Positions 13,541 through 26,938 of a stretch of 64,000 bases of DNA are shown here, in pieces. Positions within the stretch are counted from its first letter, which is position 1. The number at the start of each line of letters is the position of its first letter. The stretch covers positions 95,852,001 through 95,916,000 of the forward strand of contig NC_082714.1 in the NCBI RefSeq assembly GCF_030144855.1, written 5' to 3'. Made by a program: the position numbers and the translations under genes. Origin of the DNA: Hypanus sabinus. Its lineage: Eukaryota. The notes under the pieces are model-generated. The model saw only the letters and a program-made list of their open reading frames with translations, had not been told where the DNA came from and ran no database searches.

Positions 13541-14295
13541 TTTAAAACAACAGTTGGGTTCATATGCAGCGCACACAAAAGCAATGTTTGCAACGTGTTC
13601 TGTGATAAACACGGAAATCACTTGCTCTTATCCTGCCTTCTCCTTTTCTCGACCATTTTGAAATTGTCTTTAATACAAGTACGTACTATTTAGAAAACAA
13701 GCAGGCTTTATCGGCCTCAATCATATTGCCTGTCTATTTTCGCTGCAGCAGAAAGATCGGGTCAGCGGTTCATCACCAGATGTAATGTAAACACTCAAGC
13801 ACGTGGAATAAGGAGCTAACATCGCAGATTAATAAGGTTGTTCACACCGTCTCATTGCCTATTGACAACTAATCAAAATTCACACTTATGTCCGCAAAAC
13901 CGATAAACATAAATATGTCACTGTCGACTGTCCTTCACGTAAATAGCATGAATCCTCGCTGTTCTTGCACCCTGTGGGCTTCAGGTGGGTGGTTTTGCAT
14001 TGGGCAGTGCCGTGCAATCGATTTCTCAGCCGGTCCACTGACATCCTGTCTAACTGTTCTTTTTGTGGTCGGGAGAAATCAGTGTATCTTCCCTGATATG
14101 GAGTCTGACAGGTTGTAGCCTTTTCCGTGTCCTCGTCGGGCTGCTCCTCAGGATCTGGTTGTACTTCAGCCCCAATCCTCTCATACCTGTTCACGCAGTA
14201 CGGCAGACAAAGGGTCGCTCGGGGATTCTAATGGTGGGCTTGCTCCTTGGTCACGCCATTCATGGTCCCAACAATCGACTGCTTTATCGAGCCGT

Positions 14296-15165
14296 TTTAG
14301 AACCATAGAACCATAGAATATTACAATATAGAAACAGGCCTTTTGACCCTTCGTGGCTGTGCCGAACCATTTTTCTGCCTAGTTCCACTGACCTGCACCG
14401 GGCCCATATCCCTCCAAACCCCTCTCATCTAGATACCTGTCCAAGTTTTCTTAAATGTCCAAAATGAGCCCGCATTCACCACTTCATATGGCAGCTCATT
14501 CCACACTCCCACAACACTCTGCGTGAAGCCCCCCCAATGTCCCTTTTAAACTTTCCCCCTTTCACCGTTAACCCATAACCTCTGTTTTTTTTCCTCCCCT
14601 GTCCTCAGTGGAAAAAGCCTGCTTGCATTCAGTCTGTCTATACCCATCATAATTTTATACACCTCTATCAAATCACCTTTCATTCTCCTACGCTCCAGGG
14701 AATAAAGTCCTAACCTATTCAACCTTTCTCTGTAACTAGTTTCTCAAGTCCCGGCAACACCCTTATAAACCTTCTCTGCACTCTTTCAACCTTATTAATA
14801 TCCTTCCTGTAATTAGCTGACCAAAACAGCACACAATACTTCAAATTCGGTCTCACCAATGTCTTATACAACCTCACCATTACATTCCAACTCTTATACT
14901 CAATACTTTGATTTATAAAGGCTGATGTACCAAAAGCTCTCTTTACAACCCTATCTACTTGTGACGCCACTTTTAGGGAATTATGTATCTGTACTCCAAG
15001 ATCCCCCTGTTCTACTGCAATCCTCAGTGTCCTACCATTTACCTTGTATGTTCTACCTTGGTTTGACCTTCCGAAGTAGAATACCTCACACTTGTCTGCA
15101 TTAAACTCCCTCTGCCAATTTTCTGCCCATTCCTCCAACTGGTCCAAATCCCTCTGCAAGTTTCC
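14296..15165 (-). mobile_element. CR1 LINE 3' end
   Basis: ORF 14719-15159 with FNADKCEV...LYKTLVRP...RVQRRF; (ATAGAACC)n tail at ~14298-14330. Confidence 0.9.
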
Positions 15166-17279
15166 AGGTTTTCGTTCATACCCGAATATACTTGTAAAGG
15201 GTTCATGCAGTCACTATGGCACAGTGGGGCATTTCAAGGAACTGTAGGTTACAAAGGGAATTGAGTGTTTTAAGGATAATAGTAGATATATTTTGATTTG
15301 AAATTGAAAATAGTTTAGAAAATTCCTGATGAGTAAATGAACGTTTGAGTTATTTAAAAAAAAAACGTTCTTTGCAGTTCCATTGGCTTTCGATGAAAAC
15401 GATTATGCAGCAAAAAGCACTGGGGTAGATAGCAGTGTTACAAAGTTAGCGAATTGTTGGAGCCTGCGGTTTTAAGTGATCAAGTAACACTGCCAGTCAA
15501 ATAGGGACACGTGTGCCTTTGAAATTATATTCAGTATTAAAGTAACGAATTATTCAATCATCTCCTGGGTAAGGATCGGAATAAAATTCCGTCAGTTGCA
15601 GCCGTAGGTGGCTGCACAGGTGTGATCTGAATATTTGCAGAGAGAGTGTTTATTCTCAGGTTGGTGACAATGTATTTGAAAGTAACAAAATGCTAGTGAG
15701 AACAGGAAAGATCTCCTGTTTCTCCAGACACCATACATGAGAGATCCTCTGGATTGTCTACATCAACTTGTACATTGTATAATACATTGGACTGATCAAA
15801 GGTGAAGTAATTCCAACGAGATCTTTAAAAATAGATCACGAGACGTGTACGATCCATGCAGAGAGCTGATTGAAGTTCCATAAGTGAACATTAGGTGGCA
15901 GTAAACGCACACAAGGACCTCGGAGCGGCGTGACCTGTGGAAAAATAGTCCAGCAGCAGAAAGTAAAGGAAATCTTCGTCAGGATCATGAGCAGATTGCC
16001 CAGCTCCTGCAGATCCTTACACGGGTGTAGTGGAGGGAATTCAGTCTTTTAAACACGGACAGAAGACTATTCGATTAGCCATAAGATGTTCACAGAAAGA
16101 AGAGGGGCCTATTCAATCACCGATCGGAAGGTAATACGAAGTCTTATTCCCTTCAGACACAGAAAAACTCCTTTTAGTTGACCGCAGCTCATTCCTACTA
16201 ATAGTCGTCACCACAGTGATGCAGCAATGTGTTCAACAATTAAACAAAGATAACAAAATGTTCCAAAAGCGTCTGACAAAAAAAAACAAAGTTCAAAGGT
16301 CAAGATAAATTTATTATAGTAAGACGTAAACTGTATGTGACCATATAATGCTGTGAGTTTCAGTTCCTTGCAGCAGGAACAAAGAAACACAATAAAATCT
16401 ATGGAAAAGTACAATCGCCGAAGGATCAGACAGAGGACATCATGAAAGGCAATGTCCCAAAAAGTCTCTTTGCGACTCTATCTACTTGTTTCGCTGCTTT
16501 CAAGGAATTGGGGATCTTGATTCCATGGTCTCTTTCTTCTGTCGCACCTCAGTGTCCCACCTTTCACCGTGTAAGTCCTATTCTCGTTTATCCTACTGAT
16601 ATCAAACTTCTCACAGTTGTCCTCATTAAAATCCATCTAACATTTTCAACCTGAAACAAAAGGCCGTATTTGGAATTAATTCAATCTTAATATATTATTT
16701 CCATCCAGGTTCAATTGAGGAAGTTTTTCTATAACTTTGCTATTAAGTTGGAGCCAACAATAAATACTTTACCAATTCTGGATCAGAAGACAAAATATGG
16801 ATTGAAATAGTCTTCGCTCAAAAAGTGGATTCTTTATTCATTTTCACAGATACTGCTTCCACTGAATTCCTCCAGCAGTTTGCGTACGTTCCTATGGGTT
16901 TCCAGATTCTGCAGAAACTCTTGTGCTTATGGCCTGAATTATATTAAATTTGTTATCTATCTTTCAACTTATGAGATTTAATCACATTCTGATTAATCAA
17001 TTTTTGAACCATATCACTGTGTATCATAGATTCTTCCAAAAATTTGATAGTGCTTAAATAAAAATGTTTTCTGCTGGAGGAACTAGACATTTCTAACGTT
17101 GATTTCGAGTGTTTTTAGTTACTATTACCCATCATTCTGAGCACGCTTTATACCAAAAAAAAACATTTTGTAATATAATTCTCTGTTATGTAGACATCGC
17201 ATAAAAGCCATTTGTGCGTCAAAACAAGTATGCTTCTTTTTGATAAAAATTACGGAGTTTTAAAAAAGTTACAGAGTGG

Positions 17280-17590
17280 AGGCCATTCGATATATAGCAT
17301 TTAAAGTGGAGGTTCATACGTTCTTGATTAGTAAAGGCGTCAAAAGTTACGGGGAAGAAGGCAGTGGAATGTGGTTGAGAGGGGTAATGATTGATTCTAT
17401 TATGGTTTTTTATATATATTGAGATAGTCCCAAATAAAATGAAGCTAAGGGTTGTATATGGCGGCTTATATCTACATTGATAAAACTTTTACTTTGAATT
17501 TTGATGATACATCGGCCATGATGGAATAGTAAAGCAGATCTATGCGCCGAATGGCTGATGTCTGCTCCCATATCCTATGGTCTAATGGTG
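17280..17590 (+). mobile_element. CR1 3' end shared by both units (paralog 48440-48720)
   Basis: CR1 terminal sequence ending in a TATGGTCT-type tail; same position in both units. Confidence 0.65.
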
Positions 17591-18076
17591 TACGGTCTGA
17601 GCAGAAGAGTTACTGTGCTTGCTTCTTTCTTCGGTGGTCACTGTTGCAAGTGTTTCTGATAAATCAAATTGTGCATTTTAGTCAGTAGCAATGACTGTGT
17701 TAAGAAGAATGAATCGAATGTATTCTCAAAGTAACTTATTTTCTGTCTCCACCCAGGTATTCATCACTACAGGCCGGAGGTTAGACTGTCTGGGTGCTGT
17801 AAGTAGGTCAGGGCTTGTATGAAATCTTACACTGGCTATGGATACTGTCTTCTCTGGATGAGAGGATTCACCCGTGAATAGATATCGAGAGGGATGCGCC
17901 TGAGTCTCTGCAGTTAAGAAAAATGAGAGGCAAATGCTTCGAAAATCCGGATACTGAATGAACTAACAGAGTATTTCTGATGTGAAACAAAGGATTCTGT
18001 GCCTCCTTCCCAGAGATCTGCTGATATTTAATCACTAACAAAGTTGCAAACGGGGATCGATAGGTGTTTGGAGACA

Positions 18077-20995
18077 TAGAAACAGAGAAACATAGAAAAT
18101 CTACAGCACAACACAGGCCTTTCGGCCCATAAAGTTGTGCCGAACATGTCCCTAGCTTAGAAATTACTAGGCTTACCTATAGCCCTCTATTTTAATAATT
18201 TCTATGTACCTATCTAAAAGCCTCTTGAAAGACCCTATCGTATCCGCCTCCACCACAGTTGCGGGCAGCCCATTCCACGCACTCACCACTCTCTTGAGTA
18301 AAAAAATTACCCATGACATCTCCTCTGTACCTATTCCCCAGCACCTTAAACCTGTGTCCTTTTGTGACAACCGTTTCAGACCTGGGTAAAAGCTTCTGAC
18401 TTTCCACACGATCAATAATTCTTATCATCTTCTACACCTCAGTCAGGTCACCTCTCATCCTCCCTCGCTCCAAGGAGAAATGGCCGAGTTCACTCAACCT
18501 ATTCTCATAAGGTATGCTCCCCAGTCCAGGCAACATCCTTAGAAATCCCGTCTGGACGCTTTCTAAGCCTTCCACATCCTTCCTGTAGTGAGGCGACCAG
18601 AACTGAGCACAGTACACCAAGTGGGGTCTGACCAGGGTCCTATACAGCTGCAACGTTACCTCTCAGCTCCCAAATTCTATTCCACGATTGATGAAGGCAA
18701 ATACACCGTACGCCTTCTTAACCACAGAGTCAACCTGCACAGCTCTATTGAGCTCCTATGAACTTGGACCCCAAGATCCCTCTGATCCGCCACACTGCCA
18801 AGAGTCTTACCATTAATACTATATTCTGCTATCATATTTGACCTACGAAAATGAACCACTGCACACTTAGCTGGGTTGAATTCCATCTGCTACTTCTCAG
18901 CCCAGTTTTGCATCCTATCAATGTCCCGCTGTAATCTTCACACTATCCACAACACCTCCAACCTTTGTGTCATCAGCAATCTTACTAACCCATCCCCCCA
19001 CTTCCTGGATAAGGATATAAAATGCACGAAGAGTAAGGATCCGAGAACAGATCCCTGAGGTACTCCACTGGTGACCGACCTCCATGCAAGCCAGTTCTGG
19101 ATCCATAAAGCAATGTCGACTTGGATCCCCTGGTTCCTTACGTTCTCTGTAAGTCTCGCATGGGGTACCTTATCAAATGACTTGCTGACATCCATATACA
19201 CTACATCTACTGCTCTTCCTTCTGTTTAGGCACTTACTCAGAAATTTCGATCAGGCTCATAAGGCACGACCTGTCCTTTCCAAAGCCAGACTGACTACTC
19301 CTAATCATAATATACCTCTCTAAATGTTCATAAATCCTACTTATCAGCCTCTTCTCCATCAACGTACCAACCACTGAGGTAAGACTCACTGTTTATAATT
19401 TCCTGGTGTATCTCTAGCTCTTTCGTGAATAAAGAAACAACATCCGCAACCCTCCAATCATCTGGAACATTTCCCGTCCATATTGATGATGCAAAGATCA
19501 TCGCCAGAGGCTCAGCAATCTCCTCCCTCGCCTCCCACAGCAGCCTGGGGTACATTTCGTCCGGTTCTGGCGACTTAACCAACTTGATGCTTTCCAAAAG
19601 CTCCAGCACATCCTCTTTCTTAACATCTACATGCTCAAGCTTATCAGTCCGCGGCAAGACATCACTACAATCACTAAGATCCTTTTCCACTATGAATACT
19701 GAATTAAAGTATTCTTTAAGTACCTCTGCTATTTCCTCCGGTTCCGTACACACTTTCCCACTGTCACACTTGATAGTTCCAATTCTTTCACGACTTATCC
19801 TCTTGCTCTTCACATACTTGAAGAATGCCTTGGGGGTTTCCTAAATTCTGCCCTCCAAGGCATTCTCATGGCCCCTTCTGGCTCTCATAATTTTCTTTGT
19901 AATCTCCTTCCTAGTAGCCTTATAATCTTCTGGATCTCTAGCATTACCTTGTTCTCTGAACCCTTTTATAAGCTTTTCTTTTCTTATTGACTAGATTTAT
20001 TACAGCCTTTTGTACACCACGGTTCCTGTACCCTACCATAACTTCCCTGCCTCATTGGAACGTACCTATACAGAACGCTATACAAATATCCCCTTAGTAT
20101 TTGGCACATTTCTTCCGTACTTTTCCCCGTGAACATCTGTTTCCAATTTAAGCCTCCAATTTGCTGCCTGATAGCCTGACAATTCCCCTTACTCCAATTA
20201 AACGCTTTTCTAACGTCTGTTCCTATCTCTCTCCAATATATTGTAAAGGAGTTAGAATTATGATCACTATCTCCAAAATGTTCTCCCACTGAGAGATATG
20301 ACATCTGACCACGTTCATTTCACAACACCAAATCAAGTACAGCCTCTCCTCTTGTGTCAAGAAACCTTCCTAAACACACCTAACAAACTCCACCCCATCT
20401 GAACCACTCGCTGGATTTTGAGATGCCAATCTATATTTGGGAAATTAAAATGTCCTGTCACGACGACTCTGTTATTACTGTACCCTTCCAGGATCTGTTT
20501 CCTTATCTACTCCTCGATATCCCTGTTACTATTAAGCGGCCTATAAAAATAACACCCGGTAAAGTTATTGACCCCTTCCTGTTCCTAGCCTCCATCCACA
20601 GAGACTCTGTAGACAATCCCTCCATGGCGTCCACCTTTTCTGCAGCCGTGACACTATCTCTGAGCAAGAGTGCCACGCCTCTACCTCTTTTCCCTCCCTC
20701 ATTGTCCTATCTGAAACATCTAAAACCCGGCACTTGAAGTAACCAATCCTGTCTTTGAGCCATCCAAGTCTCTGTAATGGCCATCACATCATAGTTCCAA
20801 GTACTGATCCACGCTCTAAGCTCATCCGCTTTGTTCACAACACTCCTTGCATTAAAATAGATATTTCTCAAGCCTTTGGTCTGAGCGCGTCCCTTTTCCA
20901 TCACCTTCCTGTCCTCCCTCTCGCATTGTCTACAAGCTTTCTCTATTTGTGAGCTAACCTCCTCTTCCTCAGTCTCTTCAGTTCGGTTCTGAAGA
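18077..20995 (-). mobile_element. CR1 LINE, near-complete ORF2 (APE plus RT), decayed; unit-1-specific insertion
   Basis: YFNARSVVNKADELRAWI...AITETW; SGVPQGSVLG; ADDTKVGG; (CATAGAAA)n tail. The empty site is at ~49310 in unit 2. Confidence 0.92.
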
Positions 20996-21182
20996 CTGAG
21001 AGATTCTAAAAACATGAGAATAAGGCCAGACGGTTCTGCAGTAACCCTCATTTATAACGTATTGAAAACAGGAGTGGATTCCAAGTGTCCAGAAAATAAT
21101 GACTTTAAGACATTTCATAGATTGCTTCTTTCTCCTGTGGTAACTTGTGCAAGTCTTGGTGATGAATTAAAATTGAAAATAC

Positions 21183-21960
21183 ACGTGGGCTAAGATGTCA
21201 ATTGTCCTGTGCTATCATCAGTGGGATCATCAGTTGATCTGCCACCTGTCCTCAGGAGTTTCGGCCCACTTATGATCAAGATTCCTTCAAGGTGGTGGGC
21301 CAGCATTGTGCTAAAGCAACCACCTCCCACTGATGAACTTTAAAACTTGGCATCTGCCTCTAGCAAAGTTATTGGTCGCTTCCATCCAACAGATAGTCTA
21401 CTCTTCAGGTACCTATGCAGCTACTGAAGAGTTTACAAAAGATGGATACGCTGTCCGTCTATGTGCCCCTCTGGTCATACTTAGTCCACACCCATGATGA
21501 GCCTGTCTCTGCTGCCTCAGCTACAGTTCTGCTGGTTGACTTGATCTCTCTTCTAGTAAAGCCAAGGTCACGCAGTCACTTCTGGAAAGTGAACGTATTA
21601 AAGCCACGGCACCCTACTTCGAATGGATAGCATGAGACCTTCCACCCTCTGTCTCTGCACTCTAATCTTAATTCTGCATACTTGGTTAACTTCCGCTCAT
21701 GGGCTTCATCGATGTTGTCTTTCCAGGGGACTGTGAGTTCACTAATAACCACTTCTCTACTGGTGTCAGACCAGACGATTATATCTGGACGCAATGTGGT
21801 GAAAACTATTTGCTTCGGGAAACTGCCTTTCCCGTCCAGGTCGGCCTTGACACACCAATCACTGGCTGAAGAAAGTATGCTTGATCGTGGGCCTGCGCTG
21901 TACACCCTTGACTTGAAACAAATGGTGTATTTCAGGAAATAGCAATGGTAGTGGTAAGAA
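21183..21960 (-). mobile_element. HERO-like (restriction-like endonuclease clade) non-LTR element 3' end
   Basis: TTLRPDIIVWS...ELTVPWKDNIDEAHERK...KY...FEVGCRGF (PD-(D/E)xK endonuclease). Absent from unit 2. Confidence 0.8.
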
Positions 21961-22224
21961 GAATGTGAATATACATGCCATTTCGTCATGTTCATGTGGA
22001 AAACCATAATGTGCTGCGTTTAGTTTCAGGAAATGATAGAGACTGCAAGAGCTAGAATCCAACCTGGCTGACCTCGGAATGTTTCCCTGGACACGCATCT
22101 CATTCCGACTATTGTGAATTTATCAGAGTTGTGATAGTCAGCACCCACTTCTCGCCTCCTTTCTTTCACTCACACATGCATACCCAGACACATAACCACA
22201 TAGACACATGGTCACATGGGCAGG

Positions 22225-22243
22225 CACACACACACACACACAC
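22225..22243. repeat. (CA)n microsatellite
   Basis: Direct reading. Confidence 0.9.
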
Positions 22244-22347
22244 TCATTTGCTTTATAAAACTTTTATGGAGTTCAAAACATCGCCAGACTACTTAATATG
22301 ACATTTTGAAGAAAACATTGTTTGCAATATGAACATTTTAGAAATTA

Positions 22348-22608
22348 AACTTAAGTCTGAGACTTTGTCACTGATTGCATTGTCTCAATGGAAAATACTT
22401 CAGTAATTTTAAAATCTCCCCGCGGATCTTACTCTGCCTCCCCGGGTCCAAGTGACCGCACCATCTGCACCGCTTAACAAACAAGACAGAAACAGCATCA
22501 ATTTGTTTAACTGTAGCTAAATAAAGGCTGTGCAAACACCGCCCGGTCCCCACGGGGATATGACGGAGTTCACATCTGCATCAGTGTCACTCACAGACAT
22601 AGGCTGAC
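22348..22608. promoter_or_regulatory. Candidate IgL enhancer, copy 1
   Basis: Three sub-blocks of 66, 86 and 65 nt differ from 49975-50235 at only 2, 2 and 4 positions, while the flanks are visibly more diverged. Contains E-boxes (22462, 22573), MEF2-like CTAAATAAAG (22517) and a CCCNNGGG EBF-like palindrome (22547-22558). Confidence 0.55.
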
Positions 22609-23189
22609 CGAATCTGTAAACCATCGTCAGCGCTGGGTTAATTGGACTGGGTAGTGTCTCATGATCAAGCAAATGTCCGAGTTAATCACGAAATAATTTA
22701 TAATCTCAGATCACAGCTCCTCCAAAACCTGTTCGTGTCCCCAAACCAGCTTCACTCAGACTAAGAGAAATAAGGACGGGGGCGGCATTCGGCGCACGAA
22801 CCCGCATACCAGTTCAGACAACATATTTCGGACCCTCGGCCACAACTTCCCTTTTCGACAACTTCCCGATGTCCTCCGGTTCTCCCTTTGATCGAAAACA
22901 CACTAGGTATTTTCACGTCACTATCCTTCTGGTCGGAGCCTCAGTTAAATAAGGAAACTCGGAAAATATCAGCCGCACTCAATGACAAACAAAATTGTAA
23001 TTTCTCTCCAAAGTGAAACAAAAGCCCCTGACAGGACAGCCCTACTCCAAGGACACCTACCCCTCGGTGAAAGTGGCTTCCTGCCTGCCGTTTTTTTTGA
23101 TCTGACCAAACATGAAATACTGCAAGCAATTCTGGGCTCCGTATTTAAGTAAAGATGTGCTGACATTGAAAAGAGTCCAGGGTATGTTC

Positions 23190-23615
23190 CGGGCAAAGGT
23201 TAATGGATAAAGTGCTCTTGTATCTCTGTGCCTGTACTCTCTGGCGTTTAGAAGAATGGGATGAGGGGAGTGTCAGATCGGAAGTTATAGAATATTGAAA
23301 AGACTAGATAAAGTGGATTTGTGGAGGATGTTTCCTACAGTGGCAGTCTAGGACCAAAGGTCACAATCTCAGAATAAAAGCACATTCCTTTGCAACTCTG
23401 ACGAGGAGAAATTTCTTTAGACATGGGGTAGATAGTCTGTGAACTTCATTGCCATTGTGACTGCAGAGGGCAAGTCATTGGTATGTTTAAAACGGAGGTT
23501 GAGAAGGTTCTTGTTTAGAAAGTGCGTCAAAACTTATAGGGAGAACAGAGGAGAATGACAAGGATGATAAGTCAGCCATGAATGAATGGTGGAGTAGACT
23601 CGATAGATCGAACCA
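23190..23615 (+). mobile_element. CR1 3' end, decayed
   Basis: CR1 C-terminal and UTR pattern with TATGTCTT tail. Confidence 0.65.
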
Positions 23616-26365
23616 CTTAATTCTGCTCTTATGTCTTGTGTCTTATAGTCTTAGGTCCTCTCACCTTTTCAGTCGTAAGTTAAACAGGCCTGTGCCGTCT
23701 ACGCTTACTTATGGGGCGCAGTTCATAGCCCGGGCCTCGGTCCATTGGAAGCAAAGCCAGACATGAGCTTCAGCGCCATGCAGATCTAATGGACAGATTT
23801 GTATACACTTCTCTTTGAGGCGAAAGATAAAGCGACTGGACTATGCTCACACTGAAATTGACTTGGGCGTACGGTTATCTTCAGAACATATTTAAAATAT
23901 CCTCCAAACTCCAAGGTTTTATGAAGGCGAATTCGAAAACTTTCAGTAATGCCATTTTTCATTAAGGTCTCGTCACTGTGGCACTGGGCTGTTTACTATT
24001 TGCGTTTGCTGTGCACTTCTGAATTTTATTTTATAAACATTTGTGGTAATTTTTTAAAGTGTTGTGCGTGGTATTATGTTTTTGTGGGTGCGCAGTGGTT
24101 CGTTGCTTCCGTTGGCCGGGTATACGTACAAAGATGACAATAAACTTGAGCTTGAAATCAGAAGAAACCAACTTAAATCAGCTGGAACTTATCAAACATT
24201 GACAATGAACCATGCGCTGAAGCACTCTGTATGGTTTGTCAGAAAGATGGACCTTAAAATTTATGTAACGAAGGAAAGACGTAGATTTTAAAGAGGTTGG
24301 ATTGATAAGCATATAGCCTACCGCTTAATATCTCAAATACAATCTCGATTAGTTGAGTAATTAAATCTGAGGATAAACTATTCAAGCTTTGTGGATGCAA
24401 AGATCTTTGGCGATATAGTGGTAGGTTGTGGGGCGAGAGTAAGAGGAACGCCTCGCTCTGGAAATATTTTCTGATGCAGACTGGTGACGATGGAAAGAAA
24501 CGTGGCTCCTCTGCTGTAGAAATATTGTAGAGCTGAAGTCTGGCTATGGGGAAACTAAATCATTAACAACAGCACCGAGATGATACTTGACGTACAATGT
24601 TCCTCCTCTTGTGAGAGCAACTGAATCACAGTGAAATCAAACTGGCCTATCCAATTATATTTTAAATATAACTCCTCTCTTCTGCGATGACACTGGTGTG
24701 TATCAGGAAAGAGTCACCGTTGATCAGCCAGTTTTAAATGACATAAAATGGGGTAGGAAAATGTTATCTTCACATGTACTACCGGCATTAAGCAGGGTAA
24801 TATAAGGGCAATATAGATAACAATTATGTTCCAAAGCAGTTTATTTATATCCGGAAAATCCCCGTTAACAGAACCAATCATTAGGTCTTGGGGAGAGAAG
24901 AATCGACAGACGTTCGCACCACAACTAAGAATGGCAGTTTGGCGCTGGAGTGAAAGCAATCTACGGGTTGACATGGGAAAGGAGGAGAGGACTCGTTAAT
25001 AGTTGTATTCCCGTGGATGTCAGGTTTAGCCGTTCATTATTCGGATTCTGGAAATTTGGACCTCCGATTAATCGGGGTTGCCGCTTATTTGGGCCAAAAT
25101 GTACTAACTGAAACAACAGCAGGATGCAAAGGATGGAAATACAGTGGTAATAGTTTTCCTGGTCGGGGTATCTAGTGTCGGGTGTCAGTGTATCAAAACA
25201 TAACTTGTGTCACTCCGGACGGAAATCAGAAAGAAATCAGTTGATTTTTTTTCTGTGAACTTGATGATCGGTCGCTAAGTATATTCAAGATGGGATTTGC
25301 GGAATGTTTAGATACCAGAGGAATTAATACATATTCAGGGATTCGATACAGAATTGATATATATTGATACAGGGACTCAGGAAAATTATTACCTGCAGTG
25401 TTATTTAATGGGTGGGGTGGCTCGATGGTCCAGTGACCGAAAGGTAATCATTTTGTAATGGCTTACACTGCAGGCCCAAAGCGCCGACGGTTTTTCAGGG
25501 TGATAATAATGCGACCAATGCAGGAGCTGTTGGAGCTGAGGACTTCCATGTTGAACACGAGAATGCCATACCGCAGCTGATCCAAGGAGCGTTTTTGTTA
25601 GGTCAGGTGATGCAGTTTTTTTGCTATTAATTACCCGACCTTACACATCACATTCAAGGTCTCTGTAACTCATGTTCTCAGTCTCATTACTTAATTTATG
25701 TTTTAAATTTCCACAGTTTGTCTTCCAATTACTGATTGTTGGTTTGTGTATAGTTTTTCATTGATTCTATTCTATCATTTTTGTCCTATTCTAAATACCT
25801 ACAGAAAATGAATCGAAAAGTAGTATATGGGTTCTAATGGTCCATTTACGAGTGCGGATAATTTCACTCATAATCAAAACTGAATTGATTCCACAACTGA
25901 TGGACTTACCTCGAAGGACTCTACAACTCATGTCCTCAATATTAATTGACCATCAGTCTATCTTTCTGTCTGTCTGCCTGTCTCTACCTCTCTCTCTCTC
26001 CCTCTCTCTCTCTCCGTCGATCTATCTCTAGATATTTATTTATTGTTGCTATTGTTATTTACTTTTAATTTTCCCAGCTCTTGTTAGTAAAACCTGAGGT
26101 ACAGGCATAGCCAAGCATGATTATTTGTTAATTACTAAGAACTTTCGGACTATTCCACTGCTGTTTAGAATTGTGGCTCTCTGAAGATTTAACATGGATA
26201 TTACTACGTAGGTCTAATTGTTTCATGCGATTGTGTAGTTCCTTTGGGATGACAACATTTGTAGCTATTACTATCGAGACAATCCACAACTTGTTCGTCT
26301 TTCAGAATATTTCATTTTCTTCCTATAATAATAACAACAGTAGTTTTATTAATATAATAATATAT

Positions 26366-26370
<5 letters not shown>

Positions 26371-26400
<30 letters not shown>

Positions 26401-26409
26401 TATTATTAT
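26371..26409. repeat. (AAT)10 followed by (TAT)3
   Basis: Direct reading; the junction is palindromic. Confidence 0.9.
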
Positions 26410-26489
26410 CATTGTATTTTCTCAGTTTATCTATTTCACATTGTTGACTTGTCTCCCTTTCTTTGTAGGTTTTCATCGATTCAGTAGCA

Positions 26490-26889
26490 TTTAGGCTTGG
26501 TCGCTCGCTAAGGCAGACATTAGCTGCTACATGCTGCTAAATGCAGCCGTCATTGAATGTCTAAAATTATGTCCACCCCCAGTTTAGTTCCCAGATATTG
26601 ATCAGACCGATTTGCCTTGGATCTTTGATATAACATAGCTAAATAAAATCATTTTGACGGTAGAGATTAATATTTTTACGATCATGGAATTCGCAAACAG
26701 TCGATTCCAGAGGACAGGTGGTCAGTCTCCGCCCCCATCCTGCCTCTGTCCCCTCCCACTCATTATCATCCGCGGTTAATAAAGAGCCCGGAGTGTCCAG
26801 TTTGCAGACACTAGAACCGGAGCCAACCCCGGTGTTTGCATAGCAGCGCACGGTTCGGTTGGATGTTAGGTCGTTCGCTGACCGAAGGA
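26490..26889 (+). promoter_or_regulatory. Putative IgL cluster 1 promoter
   Basis: Block conserved with 55290-55920. Contains E-box CAGGTG (26715-26720), AT-rich TTAATAAA (~26776) and octamer-like GTTTGCAT (26834-26841). The order and spacing differ from mammalian VL promoters. Confidence 0.55.
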
Positions 26890-26938
26890 ATGTCGCCAGT
26901 TCTGCATCTCCTGTGGGCTCTCATGGTCCATTTACCAG
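26890..26938 (+). CDS. IgL cluster 1 leader exon (MSPVLHLLWALMVHLP-G)
   Basis: ATG at 26890, hydrophobic 16 codons, donor CAG|GTGAGA at 26939; near-identical exon at 55921. Confidence 0.88.

Noticed and set aside
13886-14300. GC-rich stretch with several ORFs, including SGPAEKSIARHCPMQN resembling IgL FR1
   Set aside because: Codons do not match the IgL DNA and no W or YYC motif follows; treated as chance.
15220-15260. CACAGTG heptamers at 15220, 16212, 3475, 38046, 42099 and CACTGTG at 17015, 23974 as RSS
   Set aside because: No acceptable nonamer at 12 or 23 spacing (best 5/9 at 23974) and no adjacent V/J segment.
26171-26494. Hydrophobic 107-aa ORF
   Set aside because: Produced by the (AAT)n/(TAT)n microsatellite.
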